Source: Lama guanicoe (lineage: Eukaryota). From it: a stretch of 64,000 nt of DNA. Within the stretch, counting starts at the first letter, position 1; the number at the start of each line of letters is the position of its first letter. Under the pieces are notes generated by a model, which did no database searches, was not told the origin of the DNA, and saw only the letters and a list, made by a program, of their open reading frames with translations. Of this stretch, positions 62,001-64,000 are shown in pieces. The translations under genes and the position numbers were made by a program. The stretch lies in the NCBI GenBank assembly GCA_013239625.1, contig MU056905.1, positions 38,106,783 to 38,170,782 on the forward strand, read 5' to 3'.

Positions 62001-64000
62001 CGAGACACCAGTGGCACATTCTGTTCATGGCTTTATTTCCTTCATTTAGTGTGTTCATATGCAACACATTTTTCTGAATTAAAACATCAGTAATCGAATT
62101 TATACTCACATTCGATTGATGGTCCCCTAGAATTGGTAACCTTGGCCTAATACACCAATTTATTCTAAAATCTATAATTGCCTGCATTTGTAATTGAGCT
62201 CACAATTTTGCCCTGACACCATTCTGAATTGTAAATCCTGGCACTCTGCTGCCAGCAATTTTGATATTGTGACTTTAATTTTAATTGTGGGTGACATTTT
62301 TGGGGGGATATGCATAAAGACTCAAGATGTTTTTAAGGTTAATCAGACTTGAAAAAAATCAATGAATATACATAAACCGTGATTGAGCATCCACAAATAG
62401 GTAGAAAACAGAAAATACACAAACATTCTTGAGAATTCACTTCCAATAACTGATTTATATAGTTCTTATTTCTGTAGAGTTTGGGGAAAAAAGATTTTTT
62501 TTTTTGACAGTGGCTTGGTCCACACTGCCATCCCATACTTGCCTCCTCCCCCATCAGCTGTTGATGATAAATTGCTTGGTGGGAATAACTCTTGGCAGAA
62601 AAGAGTAAACAATCATACAATAATTCAAAGACTGAGGTTTGTTAAGCACCTCTAGATAAACAGATTAGGAACATAATGTATGTAATTCAGGAGCAAGCCA
62701 ACTAAACCTATCGTATAATAAGTGATGTTTTTTCTCACATCTGCCCACAACACTGAATCTAGTTTCATTCTTGTTTGCTGATAAACTTCTACTCAAAACT
62801 TGAGATGATGAGACTATAAGTTAAAGTCATCATGTGGCTCTAAGTATATGGTGCTCCAGAGCTCCCAGGCTGGTGTCGAAAAGGTTTGTCAAAATAGTCA
62901 TTAATCTCACTGCCATTGGATTTTTGTCCATAACCCATATGGTTACACAGTGTAAAGCCACTGAATTTTTTTGTTGTTTTTTTTGTTATTGAACTCACAA
63001 ATTTTACTTGCCCATGTGATTAGCTGAATATTTCTTATACCTATTCTGGTTACAGGTCCCTGTAGATGATAAATTCTTATTTTAATACTAACCTGTTCAA
63101 TTAGTCTTGTTTTTGATACCCAAGAGTTAGGGAATTACAGACATGAAAGAGGTGGTCTAAAGATTATTTTTGGCATACAAATCTAACCCTGTAAAATTTG
63201 CTTTCTATTTTGTATGTAAAATATGTGCTATAAAGACTTTTCCACAAAAGCTTACGTATTAGCGATTGCAATGAGCAACTAAGTATTGTTATTTACTGTA
63301 ACCAAGTGGTAAACAATCCTTAAATCCGCTGGATATTTTCAAAGCCGGGAACTTCTCTTTAGTTGCCATGTTGATTATACAGTTCAGGACCCAGTAAAAT
63401 ACAAAAACATGATGCATACGGAGAATTTGCTTCAATTACTAAAACTCAATTTCCTTTACTGATGAAAGATCTAAATTAAAACGATCACCTCTCAGCCTAC
63501 CCCTGATGTTTTCCAGAGGATGGTGAATCCTCGAGTTGAGTAACCAGGACACAAATAATCCTTCTGTAAGATTCTAGCTTCCACAGAGCAGTCCAAACAG
63601 TAGGTATGACCCCAGGGAGGTTACATTCCTGGTGCCATCGATCCCAGTTCAGTCTTTAATGTTCTAGAGGTGAATTTGCCTTGTTAGCTCATCAAAATAA
63701 TACAGATAAAGAGGGACTGGCATTGTCTAGAAAGCCACAGGTCCTTCCATGATTAAGAACAGAGAAGTGCAGTGTACAAATTCTCTGTGGTTCAACTTTT
63801 TTTATTTTCATGTGTCTGAGGAACCTAGGGATTCACTCCTTCATCAAATGAAAGAATTTGAAAGCTGTTGCAACAACAAATCAACCTAATTAAATACAAA
63901 TCATTTTACTGTGTGTTTTGTCTAACTCTGTAAATTCTGCAAGGGACAACAGCAAAATATTCATAAAAGGTAATAAGAGAAGCAGAAGGAGTTTTTTTGT

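Larger units (their letters stand above)
18326..64000 (-). other. SYT1: Large SYT1 intron; the upstream exon lies outside the window
   Basis: No sequence encoding [20 protein letters not shown] was found. The orthologous intron is known to be very long. Confidence 0.75.

Overview
Mammalian genomic DNA, most likely camelid (alpaca/camel) because it carries vic-1-type tRNA-derived SINEs and artiodactyl-type L1 3' ends. It contains the 3' end of synaptotagmin-1 (SYT1) on the minus strand. The terminal exon has CDS 13848-13642 and a ~2.86 kb 3' UTR ending at AATAAA 10801-10796. The last intron is 4.3 kb. The penultimate C2B exon is almost entirely hidden in an N-gap (only its donor end and upstream branch point are visible), and >45 kb of the preceding large intron runs to the window end. 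The rest is intergenic or intronic DNA with L1/L2/MIR/MaLR/ERV/hAT relics, microsatellites and five assembly gaps. No other ORF in the track looks coding. I see no clearly new biological system. The best leads are: (1) an unusually extensively paired miR-137 site beside a miR-34 site in the SYT1 3' UTR; (2) a motif-rich solo LTR pointing antisense into the SYT1 3' end, where the poly(A) site is a two-way AATAAA palindrome; (3) a CpG-rich intronic patch on a chimeric MLT1/MLT2 LTR; (4) a tailless 5S rRNA retropseudogene. Repeat subfamily names and miRNA sequences are from memory, and repeat boundaries are approximate unless a TSD is given.
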